The notes beneath the pieces are model-generated. The model worked only from the letters and a program-made list of their open reading frames with translations. It ran no database searches and was not told the origin of the DNA. Positions 1-9,166 of a stretch of 32,000 nucleotides of DNA are shown here, piece by piece (position 1 is the stretch's first letter; each line of letters begins with the position of its first letter). The position numbers and the translations under genes are program-made. The stretch is from Candidatus Lokiarchaeum ossiferum. Its GTDB lineage: Archaea > Asgardarchaeota > Lokiarchaeia > Sigyniarchaeales > Promethearchaeaceae. The stretch lies in the NCBI GenBank assembly GCA_025839675.1, contig CP104013.1, forward strand, positions 1,980,001-2,012,000, in the 5' to 3' direction.

Positions 1-169
1 GTACCCCTCAAAAACCAGTCGGTCCATGTATGGTTTCGCATGAGGGAAGTTGTAAGATTGCATACACATTTCGAGATATTTAAGAAAAAAAACAGCCGTA
101 TTTTTTTTTTGATATTTTCCTTTTACCCATAAAAGCGATTAATTTAGTAAACGCGTGAATAGAATTGTG

Positions 170-180
170 AAAAAAAAAAA
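170..180 (-). terminator. Oligo-U tract after the permease pair
   Basis: A11 on the plus strand gives U11 on the minus-strand transcript, about 45 nt downstream of the OppC-like stop. A further U9 lies at 204-212. Confidence 0.35.
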
Positions 181-224
181 CCCTAAAAGAAAATGTGTGC
201 TCATTTTTTTTTAGAAGGAAATTT

Positions 225-1340
225 CTAAGCTTCAACTTTTTTAGATTTCTTTTTCTTCTTAATCTTTTTCTGCTTATGACCTTGAATACGGGGATCCATA
301 GCATCCCGTAACCCATCACCAAAAAGCATGAAACCTAGAACGGTTATAAAAATACCAACCCCAGGCACAAGTGCTGCCCAAATAGCATTATACAATCGAT
401 CTCGAGCAATATTGATATCATTTCCCCATTCGATCAAAGTAGGATCATTAAATCCGAGGAAAGCTAAACCAGCCAACCCAAGAATCATACCTCCAATGTT
501 AAAAGTTACTGCGACAACAACAGGAGCAATGCAATTTGGCAAAACATGTTTAAACATGATCCGACCACTCTTTGTTCCCGCGACTTTAGCCGCTTCAACA
601 TAAGTTTTTCCAATTTCTTGAAGTGCCGAACCTCGTATCAAACGAGCATATCCAGGAATACCCAGAAATCCGAAAATTATTAATATTGTCTGCATGGAAG
701 TCCCCACAATTGAAAGAATGATGATAACAATAATTAAACCGGGAAACGCCATAATAATGTCCATCACTCGCATTATAATATTATCTACAATTCCTCCTTG
801 ATAGGCAGCATAGATCCCTAACATCACTCCAAAAACAGAGCTAATAGTTAAGGAAAATAATCCCATTGTGATCGAAGATCTTGCGCCCCAAATAAGCCTT
901 CCATAAACATCCCGACCAAATTTGGATGTTCCTAATATATATGTTGAATTAGGTTCAGCCCATGGAGGTATTTCTTCATTTACTCCAACCAATTGGGAAA
1001 AAGGAAATTCTGATACTATCCAAGGAGCAAAAACAACCCATATTAAAATTGTTGTAATGATCAAAATACCAAAAATCGTGAGGGGATTATTCAATTTGGA
1101 AGCAAATTTACGTTTGCTTTTAAGCTTATTAAATTCAAAATCTCGCCTGACCAATTCTTCATTATGTGCATTTGGTGTTAGGATGAATTTTAAAAAATCA
1201 GCCTTTATTTCACGAAGTTGCTCCTTATATCCATCTGGCTTATACAACTTACTTTGTCGAATAGCCCACGCTTTTTCCCCATCAATAGATTCAGAAGTTA
1301 AACCAGTTGATCGGGATTCATAATCGATTTTACTTGACAT
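225..1340 (-). CDS. ABC transporter permease, Opp/Dpp family (OppC/DppC-like)
   Basis: 371-aa ORF with multiple hydrophobic spans. It carries an EAA-loop signature (YVEAAKVAGTKSGRIMFKHVLPN) and the typical GTSKFGRDVYGRLIWGARSS segment. A GGAGG Shine-Dalgarno (revcomp of 1348-1352) sits 7 nt upstream and overlaps the stop of the preceding permease gene. The C-terminal tail is lysine-rich (KQKKIKKKKKSKK). Confidence 0.85.
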   Translation of the reverse strand: MSSKIDYESRSTGLTSESIDGEKAWAIRQSKLYKPDGYKEQLREIKADFLKFILTPNAHNEELVRRDFEFNKLKSKRKFASKLNNPLTIFGILIITTILIWVVFAPWIVSEFPFSQLVGVNEEIPPWAEPNSTYILGTSKFGRDVYGRLIWGARSSITMGLFSLTISSVFGVMLGIYAAYQGGIVDNIIMRVMDIIMAFPGLIIVIIILSIVGTSMQTILIIFGFLGIPGYARLIRGSALQEIGKTYVEAAKVAGTKSGRIMFKHVLPNCIAPVVVAVTFNIGGMILGLAGLAFLGFNDPTLIEWGNDINIARDRLYNAIWAALVPGVGIFITVLGFMLFGDGLRDAMDPRIQGHKQKKIKKKKKSKKVEA

Positions 1341-1351
1341 TTTTTTTCCTC

Positions 1352-2395
1352 CTAGTACCTTATTCGGGGATCAACCATCCCATAAATTAAATCAGTGATC
1401 AAATTGACGACAACAAAAATGAAGGTCATTAGAAACACCGAAGCATTGATAACATAGTAATCCACCGCTCGAATAGCCAATAATGTGGTAACACCCATTC
1501 CTGCTAAGTTGAAAGTCGATTCGGTTAAAATCGCTCCACCCATCAACCCCGCCACATTTAGTCCAACTATTGTGATGGTAGGAATCATAGCATTACGCCA
1601 AGCATGCTTATAGATAACTTGTTTTTCGGTACACCCCTTAGCCCGAGCAGTTCGAATATAATCAAGTTCTAATACTTCCAACATACTGGAACGCGTTTGG
1701 CGAGTAATACCCGCAATTGTTATAAAGCTTAAACAAAATATGGGTAATAATAGATGCAATGCAGTATCGAAGAACATGGGAAAATTGAGATTTAGTAATG
1801 AGTCCAATAACCGCAATCCAGTTATTTTCTCATTAATATAAGTTATTTCAAAGGCTGTTGTATTATAGTTTGTGGCAAACGGTAAAATTTTTCCCTTAAT
1901 AACCAATAAATATTGCAACATTAGTCCCATCCAAAATACTGGAATGGCAACACCTGCAAGTGCAATAAATCGGATAACAGTATCTTTACCTTGATTTCGA
2001 TTAACTGCAGATATAATTCCTGCACGAATTCCAATAATGGTGGCAACGACCATTGAGATAATTGTAATTTCAATTGACTTTGGAAAAGCATCCATTAATA
2101 TATCCCAAACATCAGCACCATTATTCATTGAAATAGATGTTCCCCAATCACCTCGGAAGAGTGCGCCTACATATATCAGAAATTGAGTAATCACGGGTTT
2201 ATTTAACCCCAATCGTTCAACATTATTTAAATATTCTTGTCGTTGTGTATCAGACCGAAATCCACCTTCACCTATTAAAAATTTATAGGGATTATCAGGC
2301 ATTGCCCGTGTTAACACAAAAGACATGAATAATACACCAAATAATATCGGAATCAGGGCTAAAATCCGTCTAATTGTATATTTGAGTAAACTCAT
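1352..2395 (-). CDS. ABC transporter permease, Opp/Dpp family (OppB/DppB-like)
   Basis: 347-aa ORF. The N-terminus MSLLKYTIRRILALIPILFGV..F is classic OppB/DppB. The conserved loop is present (IRTARAKGCTEKQVIYKHAWRNAMIP) and the protein ends ...DPRIRY. The gene is translationally coupled to the OppC-like gene downstream. Confidence 0.88.
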   Translation of the reverse strand: MSLLKYTIRRILALIPILFGVLFMSFVLTRAMPDNPYKFLIGEGGFRSDTQRQEYLNNVERLGLNKPVITQFLIYVGALFRGDWGTSISMNNGADVWDILMDAFPKSIEITIISMVVATIIGIRAGIISAVNRNQGKDTVIRFIALAGVAIPVFWMGLMLQYLLVIKGKILPFATNYNTTAFEITYINEKITGLRLLDSLLNLNFPMFFDTALHLLLPIFCLSFITIAGITRQTRSSMLEVLELDYIRTARAKGCTEKQVIYKHAWRNAMIPTITIVGLNVAGLMGGAILTESTFNLAGMGVTTLLAIRAVDYYVINASVFLMTFIFVVVNLITDLIYGMVDPRIRY

Positions 2396-2760
2396 TTTTT
2401 TTCAACCATTTTTATTTATTTTCAAAAAAAAAAAAAAATAAAAAATAAAGCTAGAGTTTCATAATGATTTATTGAAGTGGTAATTAATCACAGAGAGTGC
2501 ATTTTTTGTGATACTTAATATAATAGAAATCACGAAGAATAGAAATATAAAGATTTTCATAAATATGTAATTTTGAAAGGTAAAAAAGTTCATTTTTTTT
2601 ACACCTTCACACAAATTAAGCGCGCTTATTTCGAGTAAGACCACATTAAAATGAACTTTTCTAAATTTCATGAAGTTGATAAAAAAATTTAATAAATTGA
2701 AAAAACAAACAAAAGCCAAAAAGAGTAATAATTTGAAAAAAAAGTGAAAAATTAAGCCTA

Positions 2761-4101
2761 TTAATCTTCTAAACTTGGAATTAAACCCCATTTTTGTCCT
2801 GCCGGATCACCTAGACCGAAGAAATCGTTAGTGAAAAAAGCTAAGGTACGAGATTCAAAAGGATTCTTTGGCGTTCGGCAAATAATTGGTTTATAAGATA
2901 ATAACTCCTTAAAATCACTTTTCTTCATTCCTAAAGCATATTTTAATCCTAAAGAATGATGAGCAAACTCTTGTCGCTTTTTTGAATAATTTGGTTCCAA
3001 AAGATATTGTTGGTATTCTGGAGATACAAATGTATTAGAACTTGCATAATAAGTGGAGATATCCCTACGGATATGATCGGTGGGAATCGTTTCACAAGAC
3101 AAAATTTTTGATTTATCAGCCATCATGATATTATAAGCATTTGGATTAGGTTGTGCGTAAGTAGTCTTATATGCTTCTTCTATATTATGCGAATTTGTTA
3201 AGACCATTCGAGATAAAATTCCAGTTGGAATTGTATATTCTCCGGGAATAGTGCATTTTATAATATTTATGCAACATTTCAAACCCCACCCATTCTTTCC
3301 GGTCGGCAAGGAAAGCATACCCCCTAAACGGAGCGAAAAAACTTTTGGAGAATTCCCCACTTTATGTAAAACATAACATAGACTTGGTTTAAATGAAAGG
3401 TTGAAATCAAAATTTTGGCCAATATACGGCATTTCAATTGATTCGGAATGATTTAGATTATTATTTTTAACCATCGCACCAAAACTTGTACAACCAAACT
3501 CGTATTCATTTGGAATTCCCGCTTGAAATGGAAGCAATTCACCATATACAACATCAATAAAACAATTTTGTAAAAAAACCTCTTCAAAAGAGATTCCAGA
3601 TATTCCATCAGCGATACCTTGGATCTCATCAATAATGTTTCCAAAAGAACCTTGTTTTAAATATGAATCGGGAATGGAATCTTCATATGAACGAGCCATT
3701 TCGAGAAATCTCGCATATTCATACCCCTTTTTTCGTGTTGTAGTTGCAATTGCTTTAATTAGAAGTCTTTGTGATCGAATTTTTTTCAATAAATATTTTC
3801 CTTCCAATAACCCCAAATTGTAATAGTCAGAAGCACTAATTTCGAGATACTTCTGATTGTTATTTTCCTGCCATGATGCTTCATCAAGATTTAATTTGTT
3901 CTTGTCAATTTCACGATTGCGTTCTCTATGAATATCTTCAATTTGTTGTGAAATATTGCGAATGCTTTTTTTTACCTTTGATTTTCGAATTTTAACTTTT
4001 TTTGTCGATTCAGAATTTTTCATATTGAAATTTGAATCTTCCATGAGAGACATAAGGAAAAATATGGCAATAAATATTAAGGAAAAAAGAATATAATGCA
4101 A
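2761..4101 (-). CDS. Membrane-anchored C45-family / Ntn-hydrolase-like protein (acyl-CoA:6-APA acyltransferase-like)
   Basis: 446-aa ORF with an N-terminal hydrophobic helix (MHYILFSLIFIAIFFLMSL) followed by a charged K/E-rich segment. The core resembles peptidase C45 / choloylglycine-type Ntn hydrolases: a putative nucleophile context (EFGCTSFGA) and later GILSRMVLTNSHNIEEAYK and AYNIMMADKSKILSCE blocks. Assignment is by remembered family pattern only. Confidence 0.55.
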   Translation of the reverse strand: MHYILFSLIFIAIFFLMSLMEDSNFNMKNSESTKKVKIRKSKVKKSIRNISQQIEDIHRERNREIDKNKLNLDEASWQENNNQKYLEISASDYYNLGLLEGKYLLKKIRSQRLLIKAIATTTRKKGYEYARFLEMARSYEDSIPDSYLKQGSFGNIIDEIQGIADGISGISFEEVFLQNCFIDVVYGELLPFQAGIPNEYEFGCTSFGAMVKNNNLNHSESIEMPYIGQNFDFNLSFKPSLCYVLHKVGNSPKVFSLRLGGMLSLPTGKNGWGLKCCINIIKCTIPGEYTIPTGILSRMVLTNSHNIEEAYKTTYAQPNPNAYNIMMADKSKILSCETIPTDHIRRDISTYYASSNTFVSPEYQQYLLEPNYSKKRQEFAHHSLGLKYALGMKKSDFKELLSYKPIICRTPKNPFESRTLAFFTNDFFGLGDPAGQKWGLIPSLED

Positions 4102-4110
4102 AAAAGTAAT

Positions 4111-4902
4111 TTATTTCAATTGTTGACCGCAAGATTCACAAAAGAGATGATTACTTCTGTTTTTTACACCACAAGCGGGGCAAAAAATAGATTCTTGGCT
4201 ATTATCAGTTGTTTTCACAATTGTAGGTGTGACATAAGAAGGTTCTGAATAGTTTGGTACTGGTCGAATCATTGGCCTAATATGATAGGTATTCTTTTGA
4301 ACTCCATTAACAATTAAATATGTTAATCCCATGATGGGAATTGAGGGGATCCAGAACCATAAGAAATAACCCCCTGTGACCAGATCAACAAAAAGTAGAA
4401 ATATACACACCACAGCAGAATACCACACAGCATGTAAGGGATGGACAGGCAATCCTTTTTCCAGATTGGAAATACGTTTGTATGCAACAAAATGTTCCCC
4501 TATAGCAACACCTAACACAGAAATAGGCCACATGAACCAAGGATATCCAAACCCTGTTACAATATATAAGAATAGAAAGAAGCCCGAAAGAGTTAGAAAT
4601 ACAGAAAAATGAATATAGAAGCCTCGATCCGAAATAGAGTGATATCGCTGTAAAACATATAAAACTGCAGTATGGATTGAAATTCCAATGCCCCAAGATG
4701 CGAGGGGGAATAAATGCCAAGGATAGTAATACCCTGTGAAAATATTAACTAAGAAAAGAAAAGCATTTACCAATAAATATACAACCCAATGAATTTTTAA
4801 CCCTTGTTGTTCATGATAAGGAAGCGCATTCACAAAAGAACTCACAAAATTTGAAGATCCTTGTGTGCGCTTTGAATAATAGTTATTTTCAGTCATAATC
4901 AA
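4111..4902 (-). CDS. Membrane protein with three tandem 2TM-like hairpin domains and a C-terminal zinc ribbon
   Basis: 263-aa ORF. A unit of about 50 aa occurs three times (IHWVVYLLVNAFLFLVNIFTGYYYPWHLFPLASWGIGISIH / IHFSVFLTLSGFFLFLYIVTGFGYPWFMWPISVLGVAIGEH / AVWYSAVVCIFLLFVDLVTGGYFLWFWIPSIPIMGLTY), matching the 2TM-domain pattern. The C-terminus CPACGVKNRSNHLFCESCG is a CxxC...CxxC zinc ribbon. Confidence 0.6.
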   Translation of the reverse strand: MIMTENNYYSKRTQGSSNFVSSFVNALPYHEQQGLKIHWVVYLLVNAFLFLVNIFTGYYYPWHLFPLASWGIGISIHTAVLYVLQRYHSISDRGFYIHFSVFLTLSGFFLFLYIVTGFGYPWFMWPISVLGVAIGEHFVAYKRISNLEKGLPVHPLHAVWYSAVVCIFLLFVDLVTGGYFLWFWIPSIPIMGLTYLIVNGVQKNTYHIRPMIRPVPNYSEPSYVTPTIVKTTDNSQESIFCPACGVKNRSNHLFCESCGQQLK

Positions 4903-5036
4903 TCTCTCATAAATATGATTAAGTAGTATTTAACTCGAAAAATATAAGAAAAATGTGGACACCAATTTTTAGCAATAATAAAATCTGTTTATACACGGAG
5001 AAAAAAAGTTTTAAGACGAGTAAAAATGAAATATTC

Positions 5037-5636
5037 TTATATGTAAGCATTTTCCTTGAAAATTTGCACAAATAAAGCCACAATTTCATCACTGAGAGAT
5101 TTCATTTTAGGATCCATATTAAAATCATAAAATGGTATATTCGGATCAGCTTCTTTTGCATCTAAATCATATTCATCTTCTTTATACAGCTTATAAGATT
5201 CCAGAAATTGCAAAGAATAAGGACATATCCCGAGCAATATCATTTGTAAATTTGGCACACCTATTTTACACCGATCCACAAAAACTGGTAAGGGCATACT
5301 ATGGCTCGAAATGGGTAAATAATTGAGCATCTGTTTTTCTTCGAACAAACCGACGGATCCGGGAAGATTATCAGTGCCTACAACATCAATTACAATCATC
5401 AAATTTGGTTGGAAATCCAATATTTCAGAAAGTCGTTCTTCGGGAGTAATCCCCCCATTAATAATACAGATTTCAGGAGAAGTAATTTGTTTGTCAAGAT
5501 TGAATGAAATCCATTGCCCCGCCCCATCATCACCCATTCGATTCTCTCCAATCCCTAATATTAAAACTTTTGGATGAGAGTTAAAAAGAGTCTGGAGCTG
5601 TCGTTGAATTTCTGCATACTTTGCCAAATAACCCAT
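5037..5636 (-). CDS. [NiFe] hydrogenase maturation endopeptidase (HycI/HyaD/FrhD family)
   Basis: 199-aa ORF with the family N-terminal signature VLILGIGENRMGDDGAGQWI (GxGNxxxGDDGxG-like) and a later histidine-containing block (LPISSHSMPL). It is divergent from hypE. Confidence 0.8.
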   Translation of the reverse strand: MGYLAKYAEIQRQLQTLFNSHPKVLILGIGENRMGDDGAGQWISFNLDKQITSPEICIINGGITPEERLSEILDFQPNLMIVIDVVGTDNLPGSVGLFEEKQMLNYLPISSHSMPLPVFVDRCKIGVPNLQMILLGICPYSLQFLESYKLYKEDEYDLDAKEADPNIPFYDFNMDPKMKSLSDEIVALFVQIFKENAYI

Positions 5637-5681
5637 GATTTTATTAAAAGCACGACGTTATTAAAAGATGAGGATCAGAAA

Positions 5682-6722
5682 ATGGAAGAAACACCCGAGA
5701 AAAAAATTGTGCAATTGGGTCATGGAGGGGGAGGAATAATGCAAGGCGAACTTATTCGCTTTATTACCGAAAATATCCCCATCAAACAGATTTCAAACGG
5801 TATTGGTGTTGATGCATATGATGACGGTGCAACAATTCCTTTAGAGAATTATGATTCAGAAATCGTTGTCACTGCAGACGGGCATACTGTTGACCCCTTG
5901 ATTTTCCCGGGTGGAGATTTAGGAAAATTATCCGTTTGTGGGACTGTAAATGATATTATTATGATGGGAGCCAAACCTCTTGCTTTAACCTCGATAGTTC
6001 TCATTGAGGAAGGACAAACATTTGAATTTGTTGGTAAAATAATGGATTCATTTAATAAAACAGCAGGAGAAGCAGGAATTGCCATATTAGCGGGTGATAC
6101 AAAAGTTATGCCCCGAGGAACTCTAAAAGAAATGGTAATTAGTACCAGTGGTATCGGAATTAAACCTAAAAATCTTATTATTCGTGATTCTAATTGCCAA
6201 CCCGGAGCAAAAATCATTTTAACAGGCAGTATTGGAGATCATGGCGCAGCCTTAATCGCTCGACGTGAAGGAATTGACTTACAAACAGAATTGAAATCCG
6301 ATGTCGCCATGCTTTTACCTCTGTATAATATTATAAAGGATCAAGAAGGAATATTAGCAATGAAAGATCCCACTCGGGGGGGGCTTGCATCTGCTTTAAA
6401 TGAATGGGCAGAAAAATCAAAGGTTAGTATTTGGATCAAAGAAGAGCAAATCATAATTAAAAAAGAAGTCAAAGCCATTTGCGATATATTGGGATTAGAT
6501 CCCTTAGAAATTGCAAATGAAGGAAAAGCCATTATTTGTGTGGAAGCAACCTTTGCAGACCACCTTTTAGAAAAAATTCAAACCACATCCATCGGTCATG
6601 ATGCACGCATTATTGCAGAAGTGAAAGAAGAAAAATCGGGATTGGTTGTAGTGCAAACACCATTAGGTGGAAAACGAATCGTTGAAAAACCCATGGGTGA
6701 ATTAATTCCACGTATATGTTAA
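5682..6722 (+). CDS. hypE: Hydrogenase maturation protein HypE (carbamoyl dehydratase)
   Basis: AIR-synthase-like fold motifs are present (LGHGGGG, DDGA, GDTKV), and the invariant HypE C-terminus ...IPRIC is immediately followed by the stop. I place the start at ATG 5682 (MEETPEKKIVQLGHGGGG). The tracked ORF start at 5574 would overlap the divergent protease gene and adds a non-protein-like N-terminal extension. Confidence 0.92.
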   Translation: MEETPEKKIVQLGHGGGGIMQGELIRFITENIPIKQISNGIGVDAYDDGATIPLENYDSEIVVTADGHTVDPLIFPGGDLGKLSVCGTVNDIIMMGAKPLALTSIVLIEEGQTFEFVGKIMDSFNKTAGEAGIAILAGDTKVMPRGTLKEMVISTSGIGIKPKNLIIRDSNCQPGAKIILTGSIGDHGAALIARREGIDLQTELKSDVAMLLPLYNIIKDQEGILAMKDPTRGGLASALNEWAEKSKVSIWIKEEQIIIKKEVKAICDILGLDPLEIANEGKAIICVEATFADHLLEKIQTTSIGHDARIIAEVKEEKSGLVVVQTPLGGKRIVEKPMGELIPRIC

Positions 6723-6751
6723 CAAAACGATTATGAAATCTTGGGATCAGG

Positions 6752-9166
6752 ATGAAACAACAACAAATTATCATAACAGGAATTGTTCAAGGTGTTGGGT
6801 TTCGTCCTTTTTTATTTAATTTGTTAGATAGCCACCATTTAACTGGAACGATTAAAAACACCGGTAATTTGGGAGTTACATTGGATCTTCAATCAACCAA
6901 TCCAAAATTCAATTTTGAACGTCTTGCTCTCGAAATTCGCGCAAAAATCCCCGCTATGGCTTTAATTGAAGATATTACAGTTTCATCCCCGAAGGAAGTT
7001 ATGACAAGTGAATTTAAAGAATTAAAAATAATTCCAAGTAATGATGGAATCGGGAAAGGACTAACACTTCCACCCGATATTGCAATGTGCGATGAATGCT
7101 TTAAGGATTTCACAAATCCAGATCAAAAACGCTTTTTTCACTACCCATTTATCGCATGTGCTCAATGTGGTCCCAGATACACTATCATGAAAGCATTACC
7201 GTACGATAGACCTAATAGCACAGTGAAAGATTTCCCCTTTTGTGAAGGATGCGAACAAGATTATTCTGATAGGTCTAATCGCAGGTTTCATGCGCAAACA
7301 TTTAATTGTAATCATTGCGGACCGTTCTATTTTCTTGCTACATTGGAAAGCCCCAATCCAAGGTTTCCCGAACCTAATGCATTGAATGAACTGATAATTG
7401 CCATAAAGGAAGGAAAAATTGTAGCAATTAAAGGAATTGGAGGCGTGAATTTAGTGTGTCGAGCGGATGACGAAAAAGTAATCCAAAAACTTCGTAATCG
7501 CAAACGCGAGCGCAAAAATAAGCCCTTTGCAATTATGGTCGCTGATCAACAAGCAGTTCTTAACTACTGCCACGTGACACCAAAACAAATGGAAATCATT
7601 TCTTCCTTTAGAAGGCCCATTCTCCTTCTACCTAAAAAAGAGAAGTCCTTCCCAGAGAATCTTGCTCCAGGATTGCACAACATCGGAATTCTACTGCCTT
7701 ATATGGGATTACATCACTTACTCTTTCAGAACCTCCCCAATATTCCCTTAGTTTTCACCAGTGGAAATATTTCATCATTGCCAATGGCAGTAGATAATAT
7801 TGAAATATTAACTCATTTGGACGGAATCGCCGATCTCTTTTTTTTACACAATCGTGAGATATTCCAGCGTTGCGATGATAGTGTTATTAGACCTATTTTG
7901 AATAATCGGGCAATCATTCGTCGTTCCCGAGGCTTTATTCCGGAATATATAAAACTGCCCTTCGAACCCAAATGTGATGCGATTATTGCCGTCGGCGCCG
8001 AATTAAACAGTACAGGAGCAATTTCAAGGGGCCCCCGCATATTTCCAACGCAACACATCGGAAATGTGCGCAATTTGGAAACGTATGAATTCCTTGAATC
8101 CGCCCTTCACCATTTACAAACTCTTTTAAAAATTGACGACTGTGAAATTGGATGTATCGCTCGAGATCTTCACCCCAGTTTTCAATCGACCCGTTTAGCT
8201 CAAAAAATTGCAAAAGAACTCCGATCTCAGTCAGATGAACGGCAAATTATTCCGATACAAACCATTCAACATCATCATGCACATTTAGCATCATTGATGG
8301 TGGATCATCAACTTCCCTTAGAAGAAAAAATTCTGGTTCTCACATTAGATGGGGTAGGATATGGAAAGGATCACCAACCCTGGGGGGGAGAAATTCTCTT
8401 AGGAGGTTACTATTCTTTTACTCGTATTGCACATTTAAACCCTATTGTGATGATTGGAGGTGATTTATGTGCGAAAAATCCCGCTAGAATGTTGTTATGT
8501 GAGCTCTATTCTGCAGCAACATCAGATATAGATAGGGAATTAATCGAAGCGCTCATCCAGAAACTCGATTTAGTCTCCTATTTTCCCCATAAAACCACCG
8601 AGTTAAAAGTTTTAAAAACCCAAATCACCAATCTTCCCCAAACAACTACAATATATCCGTTTACATCAAGTCTTGGTCGATTGTTAGATGCGGCAGCGAG
8701 TCTTTTTAACGTCTGTCATCAACGAACATATCGAGGGGAACCCGCAATGCGTTTAGAAGGGTTTGCATGGGGTAGTAAGTATGAAAAACGATTCGACCTT
8801 ACCAAATTTCACACTAAGGAGATTATTTACGGAGAGAAATTGCTCTTTGAATATGCCAAGCTTCTCTTTCAGGCCACCAAATCACACACTCGTGAAACCA
8901 TGAAAAACCTTGCTTACGGTTTCCATTGTGATATTGCTGAACTATTTACAAATATTGCCATCTCAACTGCTAAAACCCACAAGATCCAAAAAATAGGAGT
9001 GTCGGGTGGCGTTGCCTATAATGAAATAATTATGCAAACCATCAAAAAATTAGTCGAAGACGCTAATCTGACCTTTTTACAACATAACCGGATCCCACCT
9101 GGAGATGCAGGTATTAGCGTAGGACAAATCGCTATTGCTGCGGCTCAAACAACAAATGAAACCTAA
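6752..9166 (+). CDS. hypF: Hydrogenase maturation carbamoyltransferase HypF
   Basis: 804 aa. It has an N-terminal acylphosphatase domain (IITGIVQGVGFRPFLFNL), two zinc-finger motifs (CDECFKDF...CAQCGPRYTI and CEGCEQDY...CNHCGPFYF), a YrdC-like segment (KGIGGVNLVC) and a Kae1-like C-terminal domain (HHHAHLAS, DGVGYG). Confidence 0.95.
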   Translation: MKQQQIIITGIVQGVGFRPFLFNLLDSHHLTGTIKNTGNLGVTLDLQSTNPKFNFERLALEIRAKIPAMALIEDITVSSPKEVMTSEFKELKIIPSNDGIGKGLTLPPDIAMCDECFKDFTNPDQKRFFHYPFIACAQCGPRYTIMKALPYDRPNSTVKDFPFCEGCEQDYSDRSNRRFHAQTFNCNHCGPFYFLATLESPNPRFPEPNALNELIIAIKEGKIVAIKGIGGVNLVCRADDEKVIQKLRNRKRERKNKPFAIMVADQQAVLNYCHVTPKQMEIISSFRRPILLLPKKEKSFPENLAPGLHNIGILLPYMGLHHLLFQNLPNIPLVFTSGNISSLPMAVDNIEILTHLDGIADLFFLHNREIFQRCDDSVIRPILNNRAIIRRSRGFIPEYIKLPFEPKCDAIIAVGAELNSTGAISRGPRIFPTQHIGNVRNLETYEFLESALHHLQTLLKIDDCEIGCIARDLHPSFQSTRLAQKIAKELRSQSDERQIIPIQTIQHHHAHLASLMVDHQLPLEEKILVLTLDGVGYGKDHQPWGGEILLGGYYSFTRIAHLNPIVMIGGDLCAKNPARMLLCELYSAATSDIDRELIEALIQKLDLVSYFPHKTTELKVLKTQITNLPQTTTIYPFTSSLGRLLDAAASLFNVCHQRTYRGEPAMRLEGFAWGSKYEKRFDLTKFHTKEIIYGEKLLFEYAKLLFQATKSHTRETMKNLAYGFHCDIAELFTNIAISTAKTHKIQKIGVSGGVAYNEIIMQTIKKLVEDANLTFLQHNRIPPGDAGISVGQIAIAAAQTTNET

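Noticed and set aside
1-68. Possible start of a minus-strand gene running off the window (ATG 68..66, MCMQSYNFPHAKPYMDRLVFEGY...).
   Set aside because: Only 22 codons are visible and there is no motif, so it cannot be supported as a feature.
80-322. 80-aa minus-strand ORF overlapping the 3' end of the OppC-like gene.
   Set aside because: It is a K/R/F-rich translation of homopolymer-rich terminator DNA and overlaps a confidently called gene.
2459-2791. 110-aa minus-strand ORF in the gap between the C45-like gene and oppB.
   Set aside because: It is a low-complexity F/L/K/N-rich translation of AT-rich intergenic DNA. It overlaps the end of the C45-like gene, has no Shine-Dalgarno, and shows no domain-like pattern.
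5574-5681. N-terminal 36-codon extension of hypE in the tracked ORF.
   Set aside because: It overlaps the divergent endopeptidase gene and the extension is not HypE-like. The ATG at 5682 gives a canonical HypE N-terminus.
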